64,000 bases of DNA from contig NC_058368.1 of the NCBI RefSeq assembly GCF_018350175.1, forward strand, positions 172,670,001 through 172,734,000, in the 5' to 3' direction. Shown here in pieces: positions 1 to 30,266 of the stretch (within the stretch, counting starts at the first letter, position 1; every line of letters starts with the position of its first letter). The translations under genes and the position numbers were made by a program. This DNA comes from Felis catus (Eukaryota). The notes below the pieces were generated by a model. It was not told the DNA's origin. It was given only the letters and a program-made list of their open reading frames with translations, and made no database searches.

Positions 1-569
1 ATTGCCATAGTGACATCTAATAAATTTGAGTTAGCCACTATGTGCCCAGCTGATCCTATGCCCTTTGGTACATTGTAAGAGATCCAGACAAGAATTATAC
101 CTGATGCTTGCCTTCTAGGAGCACATTCTAGTAGAAGGGACAGAAAATGCAAGTAAATAAATTAAGTGGAAGGCACAGATGCTGTAACCAAGGCATAATG
201 TGCTATGGAGATATGGAGAGGAGAGGTAAATTATGACAGGAACCCTCTGGGAAAGACTGGATGAAGTTGGATTTAAGCCCTGCCCAACTACTTATTGATA
301 AACTTGGGAAGGAAGGGGATTTAAAACAGAAGATCCCCTTTAGCAAAGGCACAAGGTAGAGGTAGGAGAGTATAGAAAGTATTTGGGGAACTTAAAGAAT
401 GACTTCATGGGGTAGAGGGCAGAGATTAAGATGTCTAAAAGTCACCTTAAATTCACTGCACATTAGAGATGCTTGTATTAAAAAGTAGAGTGACATATTT
501 TCTGTATTTTTCAAGCTTAGGCCTGATTTTAAATGTTTCCCATCACTCCCATCATGTTCATAATTAGTA

Positions 570-850
570 CCATATGTTGAGCAACGTATTATGGGCCTGG
601 CACTGGAGTAGGTGCTTTGTCCATTTTAGTATATGTGCTGCCAAAGTGAGCATGGTGCTTTGTCCATTTAATATTCACAGCCAACCCTACAAGTTAGGAC
701 TTAATCCCGTTTTACAGATGAAGAAACAGAGAGTAGGACTTGCCCAACATCATACAGCTGGTAAGTGCTGGAGGCCCAAGATTAGTGCCAAAAACCAGTG
801 TTATTTCCACTACACCCAGTGCCTCCCACAAGTACTTTGGCACTAAGTAT
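570..850 (-). mobile_element. MIR
   Basis: CCCGTTTTACAGATGAAGAAAC..GACTTGCCCAA core. Other MIR relics at ~2410-2585, 2925-3150, 7590-7800, 8860-9060, 13900-14090, 14405-14550, 20340-20490, 24375-24530, 28960-29060 and 43090-43215. Confidence 0.65.
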
Positions 851-1524
851 AGTCACACTGATCACGTGTTTAACTTACAAAAATTCTGTATTTGCTTTTA
901 AAAGGAAAAAAACCGCTTATTGAACATTGCCCATATATGTTATACATTTGAATTCTTGGTTGTGCCAGAACTATATATACTATACTTCACAATCCATACA
1001 AAGAATTTCAGAATAATTTTACTCATAGATTTTCCTCTTACGTAGTAACTTTAGAACCTAATACCCAAATGAAATGAAACTCTGTTGTAGTAAAATGACA
1101 TGTCCTGGTGTTTTCCATAAGAATATAGATGGTCACCATCAGTACAGGAAAAGGGACTTGGGTGTTGACCTCACCTGCTCCCCTCTGGAGTTACTATAGC
1201 ACCTTATAGATAGCTAAGAAAATTTTCCTGGGGATACTTCTCAGAAAGGCCTCCTTTGCCTTAACTTCTCAGAATACCATCCTCCTCCATCAGACTCCCA
1301 CCCTTTCCATAAGATGCTCACCACCAGTGGGTTAGAAGCTATATCCTTATGCAGGTACAGTTAAGCAGTTGCCTTGTCCAGTGAAATGTGCCTTTGACAG
1401 AAACCTTTTAGGTAGTGTCTCACGTGAGTTCCACATATAAGATTTCTCTTTCTCTGGTACTCTTTTCGAAGGTCTTTGTACTGCCCCAAATGTTTCATTA
1501 TGCTTCTGGTACTACTATTTGGTT

Positions 1525-1525
<1 letters not shown>

Positions 1526-1556
<31 letters not shown>
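1526..1556. repeat. Poly-T mononucleotide run (~31 nt)
   Basis: Directly visible. Confidence 0.9.
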
Positions 1557-1761
1557 CCTCCTAGAAACCAGAGACCCAGGTCAGTGTAATTGTAACATTA
1601 CAGGTTTAAGGATACCCTGATGCCAATTTATTATGAGAAAGTGATTTTATTCGAGAAAGATGATGGCATTTATTTTCTTGGTAGGATGAGGATGATACCC
1701 TTATTCCTTTGCTTAGGCCTCTGCAAACACCTGTTACCTAGTGGTGGGTAAGTTTGGAAGG

Positions 1762-2190
1762 TATATCAGTTAATATAACTATTGCATGTAATAAACCACC
1801 CCAAAACTTAGTGGCTTATAACAACACCATTTATTATTTCTCATGAGTCTCTGGGTTGACTGGGTATTTCTGCCAATTGGGTTGGCTTGACTGATCTCAG
1901 CTGGGCTCACTCATGTTATCAGATCCACTGGCCAGTCAGCGAGGAAGACTCAGATTTCTCCACGTGTCTCTCAACATCCCTCCAGCAGCTAGCCCAGTCA
2001 TGCTCTCGTGGGAGGCAGAGGTGCAAGAGCGAGCAAGCCCAGCCATGCAAAGAAGCAAGTAGAAATGCATACATACTTTTAAGCTTATGCTGGCAGCAAA
2101 TTTGCTAACATCTCATTGGCCAAAGAAAGTGACATGACGAAGTGTCAGAGAGAGAGGGTTCTACAAAGTTGCAGAATAGCCCTGGAAGCA
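1762..2190. mobile_element. MLT1-type (ERVL-MaLR) solo LTR, degenerate
   Basis: Starts with ..AATAAACCACCCCAAAACTTAGTGGCTTATAACAACACCATTTATTATTTCTCATG, typical of MLT1J/K-like LTRs by recall. Subfamily uncertain. Confidence 0.6.
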
Positions 2191-3208
2191 GTGGCATTGG
2201 TATAGTGGTGAGCAAAGCTGCCTTCCAAAGTTGCAGGATATAGGAAAGCCATTAATTGGGGTCATTAAATGCAATCGGGTTCCCAATCATACCCCTCAAT
2301 GTGACATAAAACCTATAGACTTATATTTCTATGTCATTTGTCCTAGAAGGAAAAAAGAAAGTCCAAATAATAATTACTGTATATTGGGTCTATGCTTTGA
2401 GCATGCACAGGGCTAGGCACTTTCCCTGTTTATACACTGAGTCTCACAACAACTCTGCAAGGTAGGTAGGAAATCAGAGCTCGGGAAGTTGAATAACTTG
2501 CTCAAGGTCACCCAGCTAATGTGTGCTCAGGGGGGAGGCATTAGAATGTGTGTCAGTCTGACCCACAAAGCCCAGATTCTTTTCACCATACCTCACTACC
2601 TCTCAGAACGCCAGGGTCTGCCTTACCCTTTCTCCAACTCAGTTTTTTATTGAATTAATGCTTTCTGACTAGCTGTGCAAAACCCCGCCTCCAAAATTCT
2701 GCTGTGATCCTAATGGAATTGTGCAGCTTTCAGGAAACCCTGACATTCTCCCAAACTCAGCATTAACTGAGAGCATCCCCCACCCCCAGATGGGAATTGG
2801 TCTATGGACTACACAGACAGCCTAAGAATGGAGGGCTCTCCCAGACATACCAGAGAAGGAAGAGGACCTTCCTTTAATCTTCAAGATTTGGAGACATCAG
2901 GGCATTGGAGCATGAGCTTTGAAGTCAACCTCACTGGGACTCAACTCCTAATTCAGCCATTCACTGGCTCTAAGACCTTGAGCAACTTACTTAACTTCTA
3001 GAAATTGTTTCTTTGTCTTTAAAAAAAAAAAAAATGGAAATAACACCTAGTCTGCAGAGCTATCACTAGGACTAAAATTATGTAGTGCCTAATAAAGTGC
3101 CTAACCCAGTGCCTGGCACATAATAAGTGAAGGTATTAGTTTTGTTGATATTATTTCTAAGCAAAACCTTTCCCCTCCTGGGAAACCCTGTTTCTGTCTA
3201 TTGGACAG

Positions 3209-17831
<14,623 letters not shown>

Positions 17832-18444
17832 GGTATGGAGACCCCTAAGTGTTGCACGCACTCCCTCTCCCCAAATTCTGTCACTTCTGTGCCCCCGCCA
17901 GACCATTTCATGCTCTGGGGCACATGGAGTTAGCCTAGCAGCTTGCCAGCCCTGGCCCCTCAAGTTACACTCTCTGAAGATATCCTGGGCCAGACCCTTC
18001 TGTGTTCCCTCTTGCCTGTGCTCCTGAAGGGTCCTTCCTGCACTGCCATCCTTGGACTATCTCTGCCAGGCCCCTGCTTCCCTTACCATCTGCCTCTCAG
18101 GCAGCCTTAGTCCCCAGAGGACTGCCCCCACCGCTGACATTATTAACCTCAGGGTTGAATCTCATTTGCCTGGCCTGGTAGGCTACCAGGATGCTTCCCA
18201 GCTAAAACCATACAAGAAGGGGCCAGCCCCAAAGGACCAGTGAGAAGGCAGATGAGGTAGACCAAGACCTTGGAGAGGTCATTTAGGCATGGAGGAGTTG
18301 GTGAGCACTCTCCACAAATATGACAAGCTCCATGAAGAAATGATAGCTGGGCTGCCTCCTGAAGAAGAGATCTGGCCCTGAGCTGGGCTCTGGCCTCCTC
18401 TCCGAGCCACCTACACTGGTCCTTTGTCTGAAGTACTGACATAT

Positions 18445-18635
18445 ATATTTTTTTAATGTTTTATTTATTTTTGAGAGAAAGAGAGTGAGGAAGGGCAGAG
18501 GGAGGAAGATAGAGGATCTGAAGCAGGCTCTGCACTGACAGCAGCAAGCCTGATAGGGGCTTGAACTCATGAACTACAAGATCATGACCTGAGCTGAAGT
18601 CGAATGCTCAACCGACTAAGCCACCCAGGTGCCCC
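18445..18635 (-). mobile_element. Can-SINE (tRNA-derived, Carnivora)
   Basis: T-rich tail, GA repeat, ..CTCAACCGACTAAGCCACCCAGGTGCCCC head, with degenerate TSD. Confidence 0.9.
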
Positions 18636-19880
18636 TGCAATACTAACATATCAGATGATGTTCTGGACTGCAAACAGAAGACCAAGAAGGGCTGAGAACC
18701 ATAGTGTAGGAGAGAAGGCTGGCTAGCAGACAGGCCTTGGTGCTGGGTTTGCAGCCTAATGGCTGTGCAGTGCCCTGTCTTAACTCCATGCTCTGTCCCT
18801 GGGATCGGGCCTTTTCTGGCTGGCAATCACACAACTTGCCCTTAAGGCAACAGGAAACTGAGGCAGGTAGGCTGAACTCAGGGACCCCTGGGAGGGTGTC
18901 CTCACCTGTGCTTCTCTTTTCAGTGCCAGGAACACGCCTCTCTGGGCCAGGGCAGCAGACTTCCTGGACCCTCAGCCGAGTCCCTTTGTCATTTTTGGGG
19001 TCAGGATTCCCCACCCTTGATGCTGGCCTCAGCTCCCCAGGAACAGCCCAGAGAGCCTGAAGCTAGGGCAGTCTTTGGGGCTCGGCTCCCTATGGCACCT
19101 CAGGCTGCCCAGAGTCAGGACTGTCTTTAGATTCTCCTTAGCCCCTCTCTCTGAAAGGGCTAGGTTCCCTGGTCTTTGGCCAAACTGAAATGTCCACACC
19201 CTCAGGAGCTTCTGCCAGGACCAGGGTGCCCTCCTGCCTCTTTTTTCTACCTCCACAGGATCCAGGAGTGACGGGGACCCCAGGCACTTTCATCTTTTGC
19301 CTCTTCTGAGAGTAAAAGGGGCACATCTTCTCCCACAGCCCAATGCCCTTGTCAGCCAGGAAACCTCATCCGGCCGTCTTCTCTCAAGGACTCCCTCTTT
19401 GGTTGATTTCTTTCCCAAGACTGGAGATGTTCCCTTCCTGTCCCACTCCCACCATAAGGGCTCTCCACTGCTTTTTCCACCCTCCTCAGAGTGGGAGCCC
19501 TGAGAGTGCACGAGAAAGCAGTGCTGGCACATATTCGGGACCTAGCCTGGGCTGTGTACCCAGAGCCTGAGGCAGGAGTCAGGATGCATATGCCGCCTCT
19601 CCCCTTCCTATCAGTAGGAGAGCAAAGACCAGAGGCTGGGCTCTTACCCTACCCTGATTTGGAAAGAGGTGTGACAGGGGAGCTGTCCCCTGGCAGGGTC
19701 TTAACTTTCATCCTCTGCTGGAGGTAATCAAGGAAGTCTATTCAATATTTTCAGCCCAGGGAGTAAAAATAGCAGGCAGTTGTTCCTACCCATGGGGACC
19801 CACGGAAACCCAGAGCCAACATGGGGAGGCTAAGTCAAAGGTCTCACTCACGGTGCAGCCATGCTCTCCTGTTTTCTTAG

Positions 19881-20263
19881 CCCCTGCCGGGTCAAGCTTC
19901 TTCAGGGTGTCCTGAAACCCCAACTGCCAGCTGAAGGTCTACAGTTTCTTCCTCCACATCCCTATCCACCTGCCCAAGATCCTCCCTGCTCCTCGCCATC
20001 CTGGACCAACCAAAAGTTGAATGGACGCTGTGCCGTGCTGGGGCCCCTCAGGACCTCCGCAGAGCCGCTTCCTGGTGCTACGCAGCCTCCTCACTCAGAG
20101 CCCGGGGGCTGGACTGGCTTGTGGGCTGGGGGCTGATGGTACTGCTGGCCCAACACTGCTCTCTTTGTGTTTGGTTTTGTTTTTGTTCTTGTTTTTCAAT
20201 TCTTTACTTTTGATACTGTGAAGATCTTTCCTGCCGAAAGATAAAGCAACATTTGGACACAGA
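19881..20263 (+). other. FAM193B: FAM193B non-coding terminal exon (3' UTR)
   Basis: Donor GTATGG at 17833 lies 1 nt after the stop. Acceptor ctcctgttttcttag ends at 19880. Unique sequence follows, with a U-rich stretch, GATAAA at 20240 and a GU-rich downstream element. Confidence 0.7.
20240..20245 (+). terminator. Putative non-canonical poly(A) signal GATAAA of FAM193B
   Basis: No AATAAA/ATTAAA seen in the terminal exon. U-rich upstream stretch at ~20171-20215 and GT-rich element from ~20264. Confidence 0.55.
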
Positions 20264-21873
20264 GTCGGTGTGTTGGTGGTTTGCTGGTCTGGGATGGGGG
20301 TGAGGTGAGGAATGTACTCAGAAGCATGGGCTCTGCCTTAGTCATTAACCTCATTGAGCACATACTATGTGTCAGCAGTTCAGTAATTTCCTCTTAATTC
20401 TTACAGCAGTTCTAAATGGGACTGTTATCCCAATTTATAGATGAGGAAACTAAAGCTAAGACGGGCAAGTGACTTCAGCACTCAGTCTGGCTGACTAGGA
20501 TTAGAGCATAGGCCTGTATAACAGCAGCATCTGTGCTCTTTCCTCCTGTTGGGAGGACTCTGGTATGTAAACTTGAGCAGCTGTTTCCCCATACTGTGTT
20601 TGTTTCCCCCTCTGCAAAACCAGTGAGTTGGAGGAGTGAGACTCGATCTCTTTGCAACTGATGTGAGATGGAGTCTGGGAAAGGCTTACGGCCTTTATGG
20701 ACTGTACACCTGTAACCTGGGTGATTCACATTGTCAGGAGAAGTGGAGTAAATGAAGTTCCTATAAATTGGATCTGACTTTCCAATGGGAATGAGACCTG
20801 CAACCTAAGTACTGGATTGTTGAGGATAATGAACCCTTCTGTAAAGTAAAGCAAACTACCTCATTCCTACCCCACCACCCCCCCACAGTAAATTTGGTTC
20901 TTAAATTCAGATTTTAATATAATAGGTTTGTTAAACAATGCTTTCTCGTACATACTTGTGTTTCCAACTCCTTGTCCCCAATGTCATTTTCTCTCTAAAA
21001 CTGACACTTAACTTGAGCTTGTGTGGGAAGCAGTGGAGGCTGTGGCCACTCAGTCACTAAGAGCCCTTTATGGAGAGGTGGGAGCAGGATCAGAAACTGT
21101 TCCCTCCCCCTTCTATTCCTCCCAGGTTGAATCCCACCACGGGCTGTCAGTGCCAGCTTCCTCTTCTAAAGATGTTAAAAACCATCACTCACAGGCTCAC
21201 AATTCCTGGTCCCTGGACTTTCCTAATCTCCAAGAAAGTATGCAAACTCCCCTGTGAAACCTGTCTGTATATGTATTACCTTTGTTCTTCTTTCCTTTCA
21301 ACTCTTGCACCAGGCTCCCGTGCTGCAACTGAACTGGCATAATTATCTAAAATTCTGCTTCATCATTCAAAAATTGCAGGTCTGATCAAGGAGCTGCTTT
21401 ACCTACAGAGAAAAACCTGTGGGTGGCATTCAGAGGCTTCCACAACCAGCCCCCACCTCCCAGCACTTCACTCCAGCAATACAAGATGACCTCAGTCTTC
21501 ATCTAGGCCTGGCACTCTCAGGTCTCCCAACTTTCGCTCACACATTTCCTTTTTCCTAGATTACCTTTCCTTTATCATTTCCTGCTTATCCTTCACATTC
21601 CAGCTGAAAGACCATTTTACAATGAGAATCAATTTGCCCTGCCTTGTGATGCTTCCAGAAAGTACTGCTTTATCTGTCTTAAAATATTTCTCCTGAATAT
21701 CAAGATCCATTATATTTCTGTCTCAACTAATCCATAAACTCACAAGTCAGGTTTGTGTCTTCATCTTTCATTTGCTTCAGCACTGTGCACAATACCCAGC
21801 ATGTGCTCATGTTAAATACATGAATGGAGGAAAGAATAGTACTGACCCATCACTGCTCTTCAAAAGTCAACAG

Positions 21874-22062
21874 TGGGCTTGCCTGGGTGGCTCAGTTGGT
21901 TGAGCCTTGACTCTTGATTTTGGCTCAGGCGATGTTCTCCCAGTTGGTGGGATGGAGCCCGGAGCTCAGGCTTGGCAATGACACCGCAGAGCCTGCTTGG
22001 AATTTTCTCTCCCTCTCTCTGCACCTTTCCTGCCCTCACGCTCATTCTTTCTCAAATAAAAG
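21874..22062 (+). mobile_element. Can-SINE, older/diverged
   Basis: GCCTGGGTGGCTCAGTTGGTTGAGC head. TSD AAAAGTCAACAGTG / AAAAGTCCCCAGTG. Confidence 0.88.
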
Positions 22063-22947
22063 TCCCCAGTGAAGTTGAAGTTACTTTTGACAGGGCCCTG
22101 CATGCCCTGGTCCCTGTCTACCTATCCAGCTTTAGCTCTGACCACTCCTATCCCTACAGCAGCCGGCCACGTGACCCGTCTGTTCCTTGAGGAATCTGTG
22201 TGCTTGCACAAGGCCAGACCTTCACTCCTGCAGGGCCCTCCATCAGAAGGCTTCTCTCCCTTTCCTCCCCTCCCTGTTCTGAGATTCTACATTTTTCTGG
22301 AAGCTCAGATCTAGGTCTCCTCGAAGCCTCTGGTTCCCCAGGCAGTGAGTTACTCTAAGCTCTATCACAGCATTTACAATAATAATAACTTCGTACATAA
22401 GTTCAGACCCTCAGCGAAAACACTGTCATCAGTATTTTATTTATCCCTCACCACTCTGAACATACGTGTTGTCACATAGATAAGGACGCCAGTCAGAGCT
22501 GCAGTGCAAGTTGATTCGTTACCCGCGCCCCGTGCCCGGGATGGAGTCCCCGGTGGGGTCCCAGCTGGCCCAGTCCCGGAACGTGCCAGATGACGTCAGG
22601 CTATGGGCGACGCTAGGCCTCCGGTAGGCGGGTCTCTTCTGTATCTCCACTCGTGGGACCTTCCACCAGGCTTCGTTTGAGCTTTTAGCGCATGCTCCAA
22701 GTCCTCCAGCGTCCCATAATGCATTGTATGACGCTTCGCCCTCGCCCCTGGCAACAAATGCGCAGCCGCCCAAGGGTACTTTGACGCTGCACTGCCTGAC
22801 AGGGTCTCGGGAAAGTTTGTCCCTCTGCGCGATCCGGCACTCAGAGGTCGTTGCTAGGTGCCGACCTTCCGCTTCTTCACATCTGATTGGACCTCACGCA
22901 AAAATTGAGGCGGGGTTTTACCGTAGCGCGCCTGCGTACAGCAAAGG

Positions 22948-28010
<5,063 letters not shown>

Positions 28011-28196
28011 GCCATCTATCATACCTTGTCTCCAAGAGGCCTCAGTCTCCAGCCACCTCCCACATACACACCAGCCCCTTGGACAAAAAGCCAGCATCCT
28101 CGGCCCAGCTGGCCTGGGCTGGGCCAGGCTGGGCCTGGCTGCCTGCTCCCTGTGTCCCCCAGGATTCTATTTTTGTTCCCCTTTACCCCAGTTCTC

Positions 28197-28202
28197 ATTA
28201 AA
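28197..28202 (+). terminator. DDX41 poly(A) signal ATTAAA
   Basis: ATTAAA ~190 nt after the stop codon, followed by a GT/T-rich stretch. Confidence 0.8.
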
Positions 28203-30144
28203 GCACAAGCCTCTCTGGTCTCAGCCCAGCCCCGCCTCTGTGTTTCGTCTTACCTGACCCCTGCTTCCTGGGTAGGCCTCACCCTCTGACTTCCATAGCC
28301 CCTCTGAGGCAGGGAACTGGCATCTCCTACTGCTACCGCCAACACTCAGCCTGCTGGGTCTTAGTTGTGGAAGCAGCCATGTAGCTGGGGTCCCCTTCTG
28401 GGGGCTCTGGCTATCTCCTCTGGGCTAGCTGGATTGGTGACTCGAGAGACCGCATTGGTGGGCCAAGGGGAAATGGTTGGGTTTTCTGGTCTCTGGTTGG
28501 CTCTTTATAATCTCCAGCCTTGCCCCAGCCTCCCTCTTCCTGTCAGCTGAATGAAGCTCTTGGGGCCCCTTGGGAGGCGACTTCCTGCCTCAGGCCCCCT
28601 GCCCACTTGCCGGCCCACACAGGCTCCCAGTAGGAACCCTCTGTTCCCCTCACCAAGGGGGTAAGCAGATGCCACAGGACTGCTGCTCAAGCCACTAGTG
28701 CTCACTTACCTCACTCCATGCCCAGCTCTCTGTTGGGCTCAGGATCCAGGCAATCCAGATAGACGTCTGCTGGGAAGCTCCTAGGTAAGTGGCAGAGGCA
28801 GATGAGAAATGAATAACGGGGTGGCAGTCAGGAGACCGCTGGCAAATGGAACAGGATTTCAGCATCTGGCAAGGGGTAGGCAGAGGAAGAGCACTGGCAA
28901 CGATTTCTCTGTGCCCAGCACTTCATGTGCAAGACCACATGCTTATCCCAGCAGGACAGCAGTTGCTCAAGCCATGTTTGTCACTTGTGTTTGGTTTGGG
29001 GCAAGTTACCTAATGTTTCTGAGCCTCAATTTCCTCATCATTGAAATGGCAATGAGCATGCAAAGGACATGGTGTCAAGCTACTGGAGCTCGGGGCTGCC
29101 CGGACTGCACTGGATACAAAGCCAGGTGGAAAGACCCTTGGAAAGATTTCCTGCCCGCACCCCATATGTGACCCCAAACGGTATTGCTTAGCCTGGTTAC
29201 ACATTCCTTTCTAAACGTGGCATTGAATGAGTGACATGAGTCTGTCCCCAGAATTCAGACACACACTCAGAGCCCCGATATTAGCCTCTGGCAAGGTGAG
29301 GCAAAAAAAAAAAAAAAAGGTGCCCAGCAAGAAGCAAAGTTTAAAAAAGAACGTGTGAACTCTCTAGGGGCCTACTGGGGGCACACCACCCACACTCACA
29401 TGACCAGGCTTTGCCATGAGGACTGAGCTTCACTGGTGGGGCCCTGGTGCTCAGACAGTGTGGGGTGGTCAAGGGGACCTCCCAGGGGAAGAGGCAGCCT
29501 GGCGCTGGAGTGGCACAGTGATAGGGGGTTCCCTGGAGGCATTGGGCTGAAGGGAGGTAGAGGCCAGAACACAGCATCTTGAGTGATGCACTGAGGAGCC
29601 CAGGCTAGACCCAAGGGCAGTGGGAAACCAGGAAAGGCTTGGGAAGGGGAGAGACCGGTTGGTTTGGGGCTGATAGAAAGGACCATGGTGGGCCCTGTGG
29701 GACAGTGGTTCAAAGGGGAGATGTGAGGCTGGCAATGGACAGGGGCTGTGAAGACAGGAGCAAATGAATATTAGAAATATTTCCAAGATAAAGACAAGCA
29801 GAGTAGGACAGAGAGGGTACCAATCAGGGCTCAAGAGTGGGAAAGCAGGGAATTGGCCAGTCTGGCTAGAGGGGCGGTCCTGGGGCAGGGCTGTGGGAAT
29901 GTCAGGTGCTGGGGTGTACAACCACCCTGCACAGAGGAGAGGTTGGAGCTTATGACTCACAGCCAGCTGACCCAGGTGCAGACATAGGTCATTTGCCATC
30001 CAGCGGTCTGAGGCCCCTGCTAGGGCCAGGCACATGTGGGCACCTTGGGCCAACTGAACCCCAAGGGAGAAATATGTGATGCCCCTACCCATTCCTAGCT
30101 CCTTTACTGAAGACAGGCTCCCCTCCCCCTCCCCAGCCCTGCAG

Positions 30145-30266
30145 CTGCCTCTCTGGACAGAGGGAGGGGGAAGTGGCCAGAAGGGGAAGTGTGAGGAGTT
30201 CCCCTCTGGCCTGTCACCAGTCTCCTCGGGCCATCGGAGTGGCAGCCCTGGGGCCTGGCTGCGGCC
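30145..30266 (+). other. DOK3: DOK3 5' UTR portion of the ATG-containing exon
   Basis: Acceptor ccccagccctgcag ends at 30144. Sequence resembles the region encoding the human long-isoform N-terminus. Two GGGGAAGT (PU.1/ETS-type) motifs. Confidence 0.55.
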
